In this document: positions 38,278 to 48,175 of the stretch, piece by piece
Numbering within the stretch: position 1 is the first letter of the stretch
Layout: the number at the start of each line of letters is the position of its first letter
Source of the DNA: Alphaproteobacteria bacterium
Lineage (GTDB): Bacteria; Pseudomonadota; Alphaproteobacteria; SMXQ01
Reading direction: 5' to 3'
Length of the DNA: 64,000 nt
NCBI GenBank assembly: GCA_050485485.1
Contig: JBJHBM010000001.1
Span: forward strand, 41,037 to 105,036
Position numbers and translations under genes: made by a program
Notes under the pieces: generated by a model
Database searches by the model: none
Seen by the model: the letters and a program-made list of their open reading frames with translations, nothing else
Told to the model about the DNA's origin: nothing

Positions 38278-39405
38278 TCAGTCCGTATAGGGGCTTTCGT
38301 CGATATAGGCGCCCATGTCGGAGCGCACGTTGGTCTCCTTGAGCGCACCCAGCCACTTGCGGTGGATGCGCGGGTCCTGGTCGGCGTACTCGATCTGGCG
38401 GCCGCCCTTCTTGATATCGGTGTCGGCCTTGCCGGCCGCACCCTCGCGCCGGATGGTGGAGAACGGGTAGCGTCGGCTGCCCATGCCGACCGCGAGGTAG
38501 CGCGCGGGCTCGGGGGCGGTGTTGAAGTGCTGGTGGAACATCCACAGCGGCGGCGCGTACATGATGCCGTGGCGCCACGGCACCTCGACGAAATCCTGCT
38601 CGCCTTCGTACCACAGCAGGGTGTAGCCGGTGCCGGTCACCGCCCAGATGTGGATGCCGTCGCCGTGGCGGTGCCCCTTCTTGTAGCGCGCGGCCGGGAT
38701 CTCCGAGGTGTGTGCGTGCAGCGTGCCGTCCGCCAGGATGAAGGTGATGTTGGAGCCGCCGGCGCCGCGTTCGCTCCAGGTCACCAGCTCGAAGTTGGTG
38801 AGGTCGGGCACGAAGGTGGTTTCCCACATGTGGCGGCCGGGCTTGATCGGGGTGAAGTCGCCGTCGCCTTCGTAGTACTTCGGATCGCCCATGCGATCGC
38901 GGAAGCTGAAGTCGTTACCGAAGACGAACTCCTCGTTGTGGAACAGATTCATCACCAGCGGCGCGAAATGGGTGCAGGCGAGCCGCGCGCGCTCGGAGCC
39001 CGAGCCGTTGAGGATGCGGTAGCGCGCGTTCAGCGGCAGCGCGAACAGCGCGCGCGGCCCCCATTCGAACGTGTGCTTGCGCCCGTCCGGCAGCTCGATC
39101 ACGGTCGAGCCGTGGCCTTCCAGCACGTAGACGAAGCATTCGTACATGTGCCTGATCGCCTCGGTGCCGCGCCCGGTCGCGATATCGAGGAGATAGGCAG
39201 CACAGTTGTCGCCGCGCCCCCTGACGTGGAGGAACGCGCCGTCGCAGCCGAAGCGCGGCCACGGGCCGGTCTCGACCGCGAGCGCGTCTATGCCGAAGCC
39301 CTCGTGGACCGGCGGCCCCTCCGCCTTGACCCAATCGAGATAGGGGTCGAGCAGGAACCTCTTTTCGTGGTCCGTCTGCAGCAACTGCAGCTCTTCTTCA
39401 GCCAT
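38278..39405 (-). CDS. Uncharacterised bicupin, paralog 4 of 7
   Basis: DPYLDW, FEWGP, WETTFVPD, YKKGHRH, FHQHFN, QIEYADQDPRIH. Confidence 0.8.
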   Translation of the reverse strand: MAEEELQLLQTDHEKRFLLDPYLDWVKAEGPPVHEGFGIDALAVETGPWPRFGCDGAFLHVRGRGDNCAAYLLDIATGRGTEAIRHMYECFVYVLEGHGSTVIELPDGRKHTFEWGPRALFALPLNARYRILNGSGSERARLACTHFAPLVMNLFHNEEFVFGNDFSFRDRMGDPKYYEGDGDFTPIKPGRHMWETTFVPDLTNFELVTWSERGAGGSNITFILADGTLHAHTSEIPAARYKKGHRHGDGIHIWAVTGTGYTLLWYEGEQDFVEVPWRHGIMYAPPLWMFHQHFNTAPEPARYLAVGMGSRRYPFSTIRREGAAGKADTDIKKGGRQIEYADQDPRIHRKWLGALKETNVRSDMGAYIDESPYTD

Positions 39406-39435
39406 TCCCTCCTCCTCCCCGTGGAGCCGCGGCCT

Positions 39436-40557
39436 TCAGGCCGTCTTTTGTGTCCGAGACGCGTATTTCGATTCGTCGATGACGTCGCCCATCAGCGACT
39501 TGACCTGGTTCTTGGCGAGTTCCTCCAGGAAGATCGCGTGGATGCGCGGGTCCTGATCCTCGTACTCGACCTGGTTGCCGCCGTCCTTGATCGAGGTGTC
39601 CACGCCTTGGTCCCAGATCTGGCGCTTGACGGCGAACAGCGGATAGCGGGTCGAGCCCATCTGGACGGCGAGGTAGCGCGACGGCACGCTGCCCGAGTTG
39701 AAGTGCTGGTGGAACATCTGGTCGGGCGGCGCATACATGACGCCGTGGTGCCAGTCGATGCGCTTGAAGTCCGCGTCGTCCTCGTACCAGAACAGCGAAT
39801 ACCCCTGGCCGGTGATGCAATAGACGTTGGTGCCGGGCGTGTGCCGGTGGCCCTTCTTGTAGGTGCCGACCGGCATCTGGGAGGTGTGGCAGCCGATGGT
39901 GCCGTCGGCGAGGATCCAGCGCAGGTTGGACGAGCCGGTGCCGCGCGCATCCCACTGCTTGAGCTCGAAATTGGAGATGTCGGGAACGAAGTTCGTTTCC
40001 CACTGGTGACGTCCGGGCCGCACCGGCTTGAGCTCGCCTTCGCCCGAGAAGTAGCTGGTGTCGCCGAGGCGCTCCGTGAACGGGATCGGGTTGTCCCAGA
40101 TGAACCGCTCATTGCGGAACAGGTTCATGATGAAGCGGAGGTCGTTGTTGCAGGCGAGGCGCGCCGGCTCCGAGCCCGATCCGTTAAAGTGCTGGTAGGG
40201 AAGGTTGAGGGGAATCTCGAACAGGGAGTTGGGGCCCCATTCGAAGGTGTGGGTGCGGCCGTCCGGCAGTTCGATCTTGGTCGAGCCGTGGCCAGACAGC
40301 ACGTAGACCACTTCCTCGTAGACATGGCGCAGGCGGCTCGACTTGCCGCCGGGCGGAATCTCGAACAGGAGGGTGGAAAGATAGTCGTCGCCGCCCACCA
40401 GCTCGCAGATTGTGCCGCGCATCCCGAAGAAGTCCCACGGGGCGACCTCGGCCTGCAGCATGTCGATCCCGAAATCGCGCACCGTCGGGACCGGCTGGCG
40501 CGCGCACCAGTCGAGGTAGGTGTCCTGCAGATAGAAACTGCCCGTCGTTTCCGACAT
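39436..40557 (-). CDS. Uncharacterised bicupin, paralog 5 of 7
   Basis: DTYLDW, FEWGP, WETNFVPD, YKKGHRH, FHQHFN, QVEYEDQDPRIH. Confidence 0.8.
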   Translation of the reverse strand: MSETTGSFYLQDTYLDWCARQPVPTVRDFGIDMLQAEVAPWDFFGMRGTICELVGGDDYLSTLLFEIPPGGKSSRLRHVYEEVVYVLSGHGSTKIELPDGRTHTFEWGPNSLFEIPLNLPYQHFNGSGSEPARLACNNDLRFIMNLFRNERFIWDNPIPFTERLGDTSYFSGEGELKPVRPGRHQWETNFVPDISNFELKQWDARGTGSSNLRWILADGTIGCHTSQMPVGTYKKGHRHTPGTNVYCITGQGYSLFWYEDDADFKRIDWHHGVMYAPPDQMFHQHFNSGSVPSRYLAVQMGSTRYPLFAVKRQIWDQGVDTSIKDGGNQVEYEDQDPRIHAIFLEELAKNQVKSLMGDVIDESKYASRTQKTA

Positions 40558-40666
40558 GCGGTCCCTCCCGGAATCCGGCTTTTTTCTAGAGGCGGAGACC
40601 GCGGCGCCGCCCGTGAGCGAGGGCGCCGCGGCCCGGAGAACGATACTGGGTGCCCGAACCGGAGGC

Positions 40667-41794
40667 TCAGGCGGTCTTCTTCGGGGCGAACTTGCTTTCG
40701 TCGAAGATGTCGCCCATCTGCGACTTGACGCCGTGCTTCGCGAGCTCGTTAAGGAAAATCTCGTGAATGCGCGGGTCCTGGTTTTCGTATTCGATCTGGT
40801 TGCCGCCGTCCTCGACGCTGGTATCCACGCCGCCGCCGAACAGCTTGCGCTTGCTGTCCACGAACGGATAGCGCATCGAGCCGAGCGCGACCGCGAGGTA
40901 GCGCGCGGGGTTGGGGCCGGTGTTGAAATGCTGGTGGAAGATTCCGTCGGTGGGCACGAACACGACGCCATGCTCCCAGTCGATGCGGCGGTAGTCCTGG
41001 TCCTTCTCGTACCAGAACAGGGTGTAGCCGCTGCCGTTGACGGCATAGACGTAGAAGTCGGCGCCGTGGCGGTGGCCCTTCTTGTAGGAGCCGACCGGCA
41101 TTTCCGACGAGTGCGCGTGCATGGTGCCGTCGGCCAGGATGAACTTCATGTTGCCCGAACCCTTGCCGCGCGCCTCCCAGGCCTTGAGCTCGAACGCCGA
41201 GATGTCGGGGACGAAGTTGGTCTCCCACATGTTGCGGCCCGGCTTGATCGGGATGAATTCGCCTTCGCCGGCGAAGTAATTGTGGCCGCCCTCGCGCTCG
41301 GGGAAGCTGAAGTCGTTGTCGAAGATGAACTTCTCGTTATGGAACAGGTTCATCATCAGCGGCAGGTAGTTGACCGACGACAGCCGCGCGCGCTCCGAGC
41401 CGGAGCCGTTGAAATGCTGGTAGCGGCAGTTGAGCGGCAGGGCGAACAGGCTCTTGGGGCCCCATTCGAAGGTATGCTTGTGGCCGTCCGAGGTCTCGAT
41501 CACGGTCGAGCCGTGGCCGTCCATGACGTAGATGGTCTCCTCGAACACGTGCTTCTGGGGCTTCGACTTCCCGCCCGGCGCGAGGTCGATCACGAACAGG
41601 GAGGTGAAGTCGCCGCGCCCGTCGAGGTGCACCAGCGCGCCATCGGTCTCGAACATGGCCCAGGGCTTGGTTTCCACGTCGAACAGGTTGATCCCGAGCC
41701 CCCCCGCGATCGGCACGTTCTGCGCTGCCGCCCAGTCCCCGTAGGGATCGAGCAGAAACTTCTTCTCCTTGATGGTCTGCATGATCTCGGCCAT
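40667..41794 (-). CDS. Uncharacterised bicupin, paralog 6 of 7
   Basis: DPYGDW, FEWGP, WETNFVPD, YKKGHRH, FHQHFN, QIEYENQDPRIH. Confidence 0.8.
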   Translation of the reverse strand: MAEIMQTIKEKKFLLDPYGDWAAAQNVPIAGGLGINLFDVETKPWAMFETDGALVHLDGRGDFTSLFVIDLAPGGKSKPQKHVFEETIYVMDGHGSTVIETSDGHKHTFEWGPKSLFALPLNCRYQHFNGSGSERARLSSVNYLPLMMNLFHNEKFIFDNDFSFPEREGGHNYFAGEGEFIPIKPGRNMWETNFVPDISAFELKAWEARGKGSGNMKFILADGTMHAHSSEMPVGSYKKGHRHGADFYVYAVNGSGYTLFWYEKDQDYRRIDWEHGVVFVPTDGIFHQHFNTGPNPARYLAVALGSMRYPFVDSKRKLFGGGVDTSVEDGGNQIEYENQDPRIHEIFLNELAKHGVKSQMGDIFDESKFAPKKTA

Positions 41795-41862
41795 GACCGC
41801 GGCTCTCCTCGACGAAAAAAGTCCTAAAATCGGGCCGCAGCATACCACAGGATCGCCAATAT

Positions 41863-41899
41863 TGAAGGGCGGTCCCGCATTTTTCGGGACCGCCCTTCA
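41863..41899. terminator. 15-bp-stem hairpin between the diiron gene and cupin 6
   Basis: TGAAGGGCGGTCCCG / CGGGACCGCCCTTCA. Confidence 0.55.
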
Positions 41900-41919
41900 T
41901 AACGTCCAAGGTACTGAAA

Positions 41920-42693
41920 TCAGGCGGCTTTCCGGGACTTCGCGGTGCCGGCCCCGTCGAGCTCCTTCTGGAGCACGTCGCCGGCGTCGCCGATACCGTT
42001 CAGATAGTTCTCCCAGATCGCCAAGTTCTGGTCCGCGACGTCGAGCAGGCGCTCTTCCATGCGCAATTCCTCGGCGTGCTTGGCGAGGTTCTTCCAGCCG
42101 AGGTCGGAATGGATCTCGTCCGCTTCCTCGTGGAGCTTGAAGAACCCGAGTTCGCCGTCCGAAAGGCCGAAGATTTCCTTCCAGCGGGCGCGCTCCAGGC
42201 CGAACCAGCCGCTCTCCTTGACGAGACCCGAGCCGTAGCCGCGGATGTTCGGGCGCTCCAGGATGACGTTGGCGAGCAGGCCTTCGAGCCAGTGGCAGTG
42301 CGACATCACGCCGGCCCAGGCGTTCCAGGACAGTTGGGTGGTCTTGAGCGGGCGCGCGGCGCGGATCTGCTCGCGCGACATGCCAATGGTGACGCCCAGG
42401 TTCTCCAGGATCTGCCAGTGGGGCAGGCCGCCGCCGAACTCGTCGTCGGCGATCAGCTCCTCGGAGGCAGCGCCGATGATGCTGAGGCGGGTGTCCCAGT
42501 CGGGGGTGAGGGTGGCGACCCGCAGCTTCAGCACCGAGTTGCGCTGGCGGGTGTTGAGCCGGTGCTGCATCACGAAGGTCTTGGCGCGGCCTTCGTTGTA
42601 GGGCTCGTTGAAGTAGCGGAGGTTGTCGCAGAACGCGTCAAGCTTCTCGTCGAGGGCCTTGATGAAGCCGGTGGCGTTGGGGTCGCGAGGCAT
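41920..42693 (-). CDS. Heme-oxygenase-like diiron protein (CADD/PqqC-like)
   Basis: EEL..DDEFGGGLPHW, LER and HEEADEIH (H-x3-D-x2-H). Confidence 0.72.
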   Translation of the reverse strand: MPRDPNATGFIKALDEKLDAFCDNLRYFNEPYNEGRAKTFVMQHRLNTRQRNSVLKLRVATLTPDWDTRLSIIGAASEELIADDEFGGGLPHWQILENLGVTIGMSREQIRAARPLKTTQLSWNAWAGVMSHCHWLEGLLANVILERPNIRGYGSGLVKESGWFGLERARWKEIFGLSDGELGFFKLHEEADEIHSDLGWKNLAKHAEELRMEERLLDVADQNLAIWENYLNGIGDAGDVLQKELDGAGTAKSRKAA

Positions 42694-42889
42694 GAACTGG
42701 TCTCCTGATGTCACAATTTTAGAAGCGTCTTCAGCGCGGTCCGCTTCGGGACTGGGCGGCCTAGGGACCGGAATGCCCGGTTTTCCGCCCGTCCGGCGAG
42801 TTTGTTGAAAACGCAAATATTAGATACCAAAGCCTCCCCCCTAATTGAAATACTATATGGCAATACTTCCTATATGAATTTTATATATC

Positions 42890-43666
42890 TCAGGCGCGCC
42901 GGGCGCGAGGCTTATGCCGGCCGCGCCGTGCCGTCCGCACAAGCGCGTCGCCCGCGTCGCCGATGCCGTTGAGATAGAGCTCCCAAATGCGCAGGTTCTG
43001 GTCGGCCACCTCCAGCAGGCGATCCTCCATGCGCAGCTCGCGCGCGAATTTGGCGAGATTCCGCCAACCGAGGTCGGAGTGCTTCTCGTCGGCCTCGTTG
43101 TGGATCTTGAAGAACTTGAGCGCCTCGTCGGGGAGATGCGGGAACAGCTTCCTCCAGCGCACCCGCTCGTAGCCGAGCCAGCCGTACTTGCGGATGTTGC
43201 CCGATCCGTAGCCCGGGATGTTGGTGCGCTCGGACACCACGTTGGCGAGCAGCCCCTCGAGCCAGTGGCAGTTGGCCATCACGCCCATCCACGCGTTCCA
43301 GGCGAGCTGGGTGGTGGGAAGCGGCTTCGCGGCACGGACATTCTTGCGCGACATGCCGATGGCGACGCCCAGGTTCTCCAGCATCAGCCAGTGGGGGAGG
43401 CCGCCTCCGAACTCGTCGTCGCGCACCAGCTCCTCGTAGCAGGCGCCGAGGATGCGAAGCCGCGTGCCCCAGTCCGGCGTGTTGGTCGCGACCTTGAGCT
43501 TCAGCACCGAGTTGCGCTGGCGGGTGTTGAGGCGGTGCTGATAGACGAACATCCGCGCGCGCCCCTCGTTGTAGGGCTCGTGGAACAGCCGGGTGCGCTC
43601 GCAGAAATCGTCGAGCACCTTGTCGAGCTCGCGGATGAAACCGGTCGCCTTGGGGTCGCGGGGCAT
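42890..43666 (-). CDS. Heme-oxygenase-like diiron protein; tandem paralog of 41920..42693
   Basis: Same MPRDP.ATGFI start; HRLNTRQRNSVLKL, DDEFGGGLPHW and HNEADEKH. Confidence 0.72.
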   Translation of the reverse strand: MPRDPKATGFIRELDKVLDDFCERTRLFHEPYNEGRARMFVYQHRLNTRQRNSVLKLKVATNTPDWGTRLRILGACYEELVRDDEFGGGLPHWLMLENLGVAIGMSRKNVRAAKPLPTTQLAWNAWMGVMANCHWLEGLLANVVSERTNIPGYGSGNIRKYGWLGYERVRWRKLFPHLPDEALKFFKIHNEADEKHSDLGWRNLAKFARELRMEDRLLEVADQNLRIWELYLNGIGDAGDALVRTARRGRHKPRARRA

Positions 43667-43714
43667 GGCGTCTCTCCTGCTTGGGGACGTTGAAAATAAT
43701 TCGAAAACAGATGG

Positions 43715-44743
43715 TTACGAGAGGTCCAGGATAATCTTCCCGAACTGCTCGGCGCGCGCGAGGCGGGCGAAGGCAGCGCGGTAGTCGGCGAGGGGGTGGA
43801 CGCTGTCGATCACCGGGCGGAGGCGGCCCTGGGCCACCACCTGCATGAGCTTCCGGCACTCCTCGAAATTCGCCGTGGTGGAGCCGTAAATTCGCAACTG
43901 GCGCACGAAAATCCGCTGCAGGTCGGCGGGCGGGTGGCCGCCGGTGGTGGCGCCCACCACCATGATGCGACCGCCCCACCCGGCGGCACGGAGCGACTGG
44001 TCCCAGGTGGCGGCACCGACGTTGTCGCACACCACCTCGGCGCCGCGCCCGCCGGTCAGCGCCCGCACCCGCTCCCAGATCGTCTCGCGGGCGTGGTTGA
44101 CGGTCTCGTCGGCGCCGAGCGCCCGGGCACGGGCGAGCTTCTCGTCGCTCGACGAGGTCACGATCACGCGCGCCCCGGCGAGCTTGGCGAGCTGCAGGGT
44201 CGCGAGCGCGACGCCGCCGCCGATGCCGACGATCAGCACGGTCTCCCCCGGCACCATCGGGTGCTTGCCGAACACCTGGCGCCAGGCGGTCAGGTGCCCG
44301 ACCGGCAGGGCGGCGGCCTCGTGCCAGGAGAGGCCGTCCGGCACGGCCACGAAGTTGTGGGCCTTCATGGAGAGGTACTCGGCGAAGCCGCCGTCGCGCT
44401 GCTCGCCGATGATGCGGATGTGCCGGCAGTAGGGCTGCTCCCCCGCGAGGCAGTAGTCGCAGCGCCCGCAGAACTCGCTTGGGAAGGCGATCACGCGCTG
44501 GCCCGGCGCCAGCCCCGAATCGGGGTCGGCCTCCACCACCTCGCCGGCGGCATCGACGCCGAGGATCATCGGCATCGGGTGGGTGATGCCCTTGCCGACG
44601 TCGCGGACGTAGAGATCGACGCGGTTGAGGGCGGCGGCGCGCACCCGGATCAGCGCGTTGCCGGGTGGGCGCGCCGGCACCGGCACGTCGTCCCTGAGCC
44701 TGAGCCCCTCGGGCCCGCGTTCCTCCAGCACCAGCGCCTTCAT
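43715..44743 (-). CDS. Zinc-binding medium-chain dehydrogenase/quinone oxidoreductase
   Basis: CGRCDYC...C structural Zn site, GIGGGVA and QFGKIIL; catalytic Cys position reads ALNRVD. Confidence 0.85.
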   Translation of the reverse strand: MKALVLEERGPEGLRLRDDVPVPARPPGNALIRVRAAALNRVDLYVRDVGKGITHPMPMILGVDAAGEVVEADPDSGLAPGQRVIAFPSEFCGRCDYCLAGEQPYCRHIRIIGEQRDGGFAEYLSMKAHNFVAVPDGLSWHEAAALPVGHLTAWRQVFGKHPMVPGETVLIVGIGGGVALATLQLAKLAGARVIVTSSSDEKLARARALGADETVNHARETIWERVRALTGGRGAEVVCDNVGAATWDQSLRAAGWGGRIMVVGATTGGHPPADLQRIFVRQLRIYGSTTANFEECRKLMQVVAQGRLRPVIDSVHPLADYRAAFARLARAEQFGKIILDLS

Positions 44744-44868
44744 GCGTCTTCGTTCCTTTTGCCTTGCGTCCCTGTCCTGCCGGCGCCCGAGCATAGTGCC
44801 TCGCCGGCCGAAGTCCACAGCGCGCCGTCCATGCGCCATCCATGCACCGCCCATGCGCCACGGGGGGC

Positions 44869-44897
44869 GTGACAAGGCCGGCCCGAATACCTATTAC
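44869..44897 (+). promoter_or_regulatory. Putative sigma70 promoter of pcaF
   Basis: GTGACA-17 bp-TATTAC about 50 bp upstream of the start. Confidence 0.4.
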
Positions 44898-44948
44898 TTC
44901 GGGACCGTATCCCGGGGCCGCGCCGCGGCCCGATCGAAGAGGTAGACC

Positions 44949-46151
44949 GTGGAAGCTTTCATCTGCGACGCCGTGCGCACCCCCATCGGCCGCTACGCGG
45001 GGGCGCTCGCCGCCGTCCGGCCCGACGACCTCGCGGCGCACGTCATCCGCGCCCTGATCGCGCGCAACCCGAAGCTGGACCCGGCGGCGGTGGACGACGT
45101 GATCCTCGGCTGCGCCAACCAGGCGGGCGAGGACAACCGCAACGTCGCGCGCATGGCGGCGCTGCTCTCGGACCTGCCGGAGACGGTGACCGGCGTCACC
45201 GTCAACCGCCTGTGCGGTTCCGGCCTCGACGCGGTGGGCGAGGCGGCGCGCGCGATCCGCGCGGGCGACGCGGAGCTGATGATCGCGGGCGGGGTCGAAA
45301 GCATGTCGCGCGCGCCCTTCGTCATGGGCAAGGCCGAGACGGCGTTCGCGCGCGGCGCGGAGATCTTCGACACCACCATCGGCTGGCGCTTCGTCAACCC
45401 GGAAATGAAGAAGCGCTACGGCGTCGATTCGATGCCCGAGACCGGCGAGAACGTGGCGCGCGACTTCCAGGTGAGCCGTGCCGACCAGGACGCCTTCGCC
45501 TGCCGCTCCCAGACGCGCGCGAAGCAGGCGATGGAATCGGGCCGGCTCGCCAAGGAGATCGTGCCCGTCACGATCCCGCAGCGGCGCGGGGACCCCAAGG
45601 TGGTGGAGGCCGACGAGCACCCGCGCCCCGACACGACGCTGGAGGCGCTCGCCAAGCTCAAGCCGCTGTTCGGCCCGGACTCGACCGTCACCGCCGGCAA
45701 CGCGAGCGGCGTCAACGATGGTGCGGCGGCGCTGGTGGTCGCCTCCGAGGCGGCGGCCAAGGCTCACGGTCTCACGCCGCGCGCGCGCGTCGTCGCCATG
45801 GCGACGGCGGGGGTCGCGCCGCGCATCATGGGCGTCGGCCCCGCGCCCGCGACGGAGAAGCTGCTCGCCCGGACCGGCCGCAAGATCGGCGAGATCGAGG
45901 TGATCGAGCTCAACGAGGCGTTCGCGAGCCAGGCGCTCGCGGTGACGCGCCGCCTCGGGCTCCCCGACGACGCGCCCCACGTCAACCCCAACGGCGGCGC
46001 CATCGCGCTCGGCCATCCGCTCGGCATGTCGGGCGCGCGCCTCGCGCTGACCGCGACCCAGGAGCTGCACGAGCGCGGCGCCCGGCTCGCCGTCTGCACC
46101 ATGTGTATCGGCGTCGGCCAGGGGATCGCGGTGCTGCTCGAGCGGGTCTAG
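44949..46151 (+). CDS. pcaF: 3-oxoadipyl-CoA thiolase
   Basis: [36 protein letters not shown] and MCIGVGQG. Confidence 0.93.
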   Translation: MEAFICDAVRTPIGRYAGALAAVRPDDLAAHVIRALIARNPKLDPAAVDDVILGCANQAGEDNRNVARMAALLSDLPETVTGVTVNRLCGSGLDAVGEAARAIRAGDAELMIAGGVESMSRAPFVMGKAETAFARGAEIFDTTIGWRFVNPEMKKRYGVDSMPETGENVARDFQVSRADQDAFACRSQTRAKQAMESGRLAKEIVPVTIPQRRGDPKVVEADEHPRPDTTLEALAKLKPLFGPDSTVTAGNASGVNDGAAALVVASEAAAKAHGLTPRARVVAMATAGVAPRIMGVGPAPATEKLLARTGRKIGEIEVIELNEAFASQALAVTRRLGLPDDAPHVNPNGGAIALGHPLGMSGARLALTATQELHERGARLAVCTMCIGVGQGIAVLLERV

Positions 46152-46172
46152 CCTTTCCCGGGCGAGGATCGC

Positions 46173-46754
46173 ATGACCAGGATTCTCGTCATCCAGGGCC
46201 ATCCCGACCCGGCCGCGCCGCACCTGTGCCACGCGCTCGCGGACGCCTACGCGGACGGCGCGTCGGCGGCGGGCCACGAGCTACGCCGGGTCGAGGTCGC
46301 CCGGCTCGACTTCCCTTTGCTGCGCGACGCCCGCGACTTCAAGGACGGCGCGCCCGTTCCCGACATCGCCGCCGCGCAGGAGGCGCTGCTGTGGGCGCGG
46401 CACGTGGTGATCGTCTATCCGCTGTGGCTCGGCACCATGCCGGCGCTGCTCAAGGGCTTCCTCGAGCAGGTCCTGCGGCCGGGCTTCGCCTTCGACTATC
46501 TCTCCGCCGCGCGCACCCGCAAGCGGCTCGCCGGGCGCTCCTGCCGCGTGGTGGTGACCATGGGCATGCCGGCGCTGGTCTACCGCTGGTTCTTCGGCGC
46601 CCACAGCCTCAAGAGCCTGGAGCGGAACATCCTCAGGTTTGTCGGCATCGGCCCGGTGCGCGAGAGCCTGTTCGGCATGGTGGAGCAGGCCTCGCCCGCG
46701 CGCCGCGCCGGGTGGCTCGCGCGGATGCGCAGGTTCGGGGAACGCGGCGTCTGA
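46173..46754 (+). CDS. Flavodoxin-fold NAD(P)H:quinone oxidoreductase
   Basis: ILVIQGHP and YPLWLGTMPALLKGFLEQV.RPGFAF. Confidence 0.85.
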   Translation: MTRILVIQGHPDPAAPHLCHALADAYADGASAAGHELRRVEVARLDFPLLRDARDFKDGAPVPDIAAAQEALLWARHVVIVYPLWLGTMPALLKGFLEQVLRPGFAFDYLSAARTRKRLAGRSCRVVVTMGMPALVYRWFFGAHSLKSLERNILRFVGIGPVRESLFGMVEQASPARRAGWLARMRRFGERGV

Positions 46755-46870
46755 CAAGGGTTCCGCGGGGGCTTCCGGGACGCATTGACGGGCGCGGCGG
46801 GGACCAATACCCTTGCCGAAAACGGGTGCGCGGAGCGCGTGCGGATAAAAGGGCAAGGGAAGGAAGGCGC

Positions 46871-47758
46871 ATGACGGACGTTTCCACCACCATGAAGATG
46901 AAAGTGACGCCGCTCACGCCGGCCATCGGCGCCGAGATCACCGGCATCGACGTCCGCCATGCGGACAAGGACATGGTCGCCGCCGTCAACCGGGCGCTGC
47001 TCGACCATCTCGTGATCGTCATCCGCGACCAGGACCTCTCGCCGCCGGAGCAGATCGCCTTCACCCGCAACTGGGGCGATCTCGTGCGCCGCATCGCGAC
47101 CGACTTCCTGCACCCGGAGCATCCCGACGTGCTGGTGCTGTCCAACCGCGTCGTGGACGGCAAGATGCAGGGCGCCACGGCCGCCTATGCCGGCTTCACC
47201 TGGCACGCCGACCTCACCTATGCCGAGCGGCCCAGCCTGGGTTCCATGCTGCACGCGCTCGAGGTGCCGGAGGAGGGCGGCGACACGGCCTTCGCCAACA
47301 TGTATCTCGCCTACGAGACGCTGCCGGAAGCGACGAAGCGGAGGATCGACGGCCTCAAGGCGCTGCACATCCGCGACCGGCGCAAGAACCCGCGGGCCCA
47401 GATCACGAAGAAGGACGGCTTCAGGCACGACATCGACAAGTACTTCGACATCCCCGCGCCCGATTCCGTCCATCCGGTCGTGACGACGCACCCGGAGACC
47501 GGGCGCAAGGTGCTGTTCGTCAATCCGCGCTTCGCCGTCGCTATCGAGAACATGGACGACAGGGAAGCGCAGCCGCTCCTCGACGAGCTGTTCGAGCACC
47601 AGAAGAGGCCGGAATTCATCTACCGCCACAAGTGGCGCAAGGGCGATCTCGTGTTCTGGGACAACCGCTGCACGATCCACCTTGCCTGCGGCGGAATCAA
47701 GCCGCCGGGAATCCGGCATCTGCACCGCACCTCGATCGCGGGCCCGGTGCCGTCCTGA
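46871..47758 (+). CDS. TauD/TfdA-family Fe(II)/2-oxoglutarate dioxygenase
   Basis: WHADLTY, GGDTAF, HPVV..HPETGRK and WDNRCTIH. Confidence 0.9.
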   Translation: MTDVSTTMKMKVTPLTPAIGAEITGIDVRHADKDMVAAVNRALLDHLVIVIRDQDLSPPEQIAFTRNWGDLVRRIATDFLHPEHPDVLVLSNRVVDGKMQGATAAYAGFTWHADLTYAERPSLGSMLHALEVPEEGGDTAFANMYLAYETLPEATKRRIDGLKALHIRDRRKNPRAQITKKDGFRHDIDKYFDIPAPDSVHPVVTTHPETGRKVLFVNPRFAVAIENMDDREAQPLLDELFEHQKRPEFIYRHKWRKGDLVFWDNRCTIHLACGGIKPPGIRHLHRTSIAGPVPS

Positions 47759-47841
47759 TCGCCACACCCGCCGCCGCGGTTGCGCGGCGCCGGCTTTGGG
47801 CGCACGATTAGAGAACAACCAGAACGACAGGAGAGGCGGCG

Positions 47842-48162
47842 GTGGACAAGCTGCGTCATATCTCGATGGCCGTGCCCGACGTGGAAGCGGCGGCGGCCTT
47901 CTACGAAAAGACCTTCGGCATGGAGCGGGTCAAGGCGGGAAGCAAGAACATCTGCCTGTCCGACGGCACCATCAACCTGACCCTCACGCCGCCGGTAGAC
48001 GGCAAGGTCGGCATCGACCACCTGGGCTTCGTCGTCGCCGACAAGGAGAAGGCGGCCGAGGCGATCCGCGCCAACGGCGGCCGCGCCGAGGGCACCAAGT
48101 GCTGGGACGCCAACGGCATCATGGTCAACGTCGCGGACAAGTACTGGGTGGGCTCGAAATAG
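47842..48162 (+). CDS. VOC/glyoxalase-family protein
   Basis: LRHISMAVPDVE..AAFYEKTFG and GIDHLGFVV. Confidence 0.8.
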   Translation: MDKLRHISMAVPDVEAAAAFYEKTFGMERVKAGSKNICLSDGTINLTLTPPVDGKVGIDHLGFVVADKEKAAEAIRANGGRAEGTKCWDANGIMVNVADKYWVGSK

Positions 48163-48175
48163 GCCCGCCCGCGCG

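Noticed and set aside
38248-40728. 826-aa plus-strand ORF, and the similar 16733..19033, with repeated segments
   Set aside because: Antisense mirror of the cupin paralogs; the repetition comes from them.
42912-46277. 1121-aa minus-strand ORF
   Set aside because: Antisense to pcaF and off-frame to the dehydrogenase and diiron genes; no recognisable domain.
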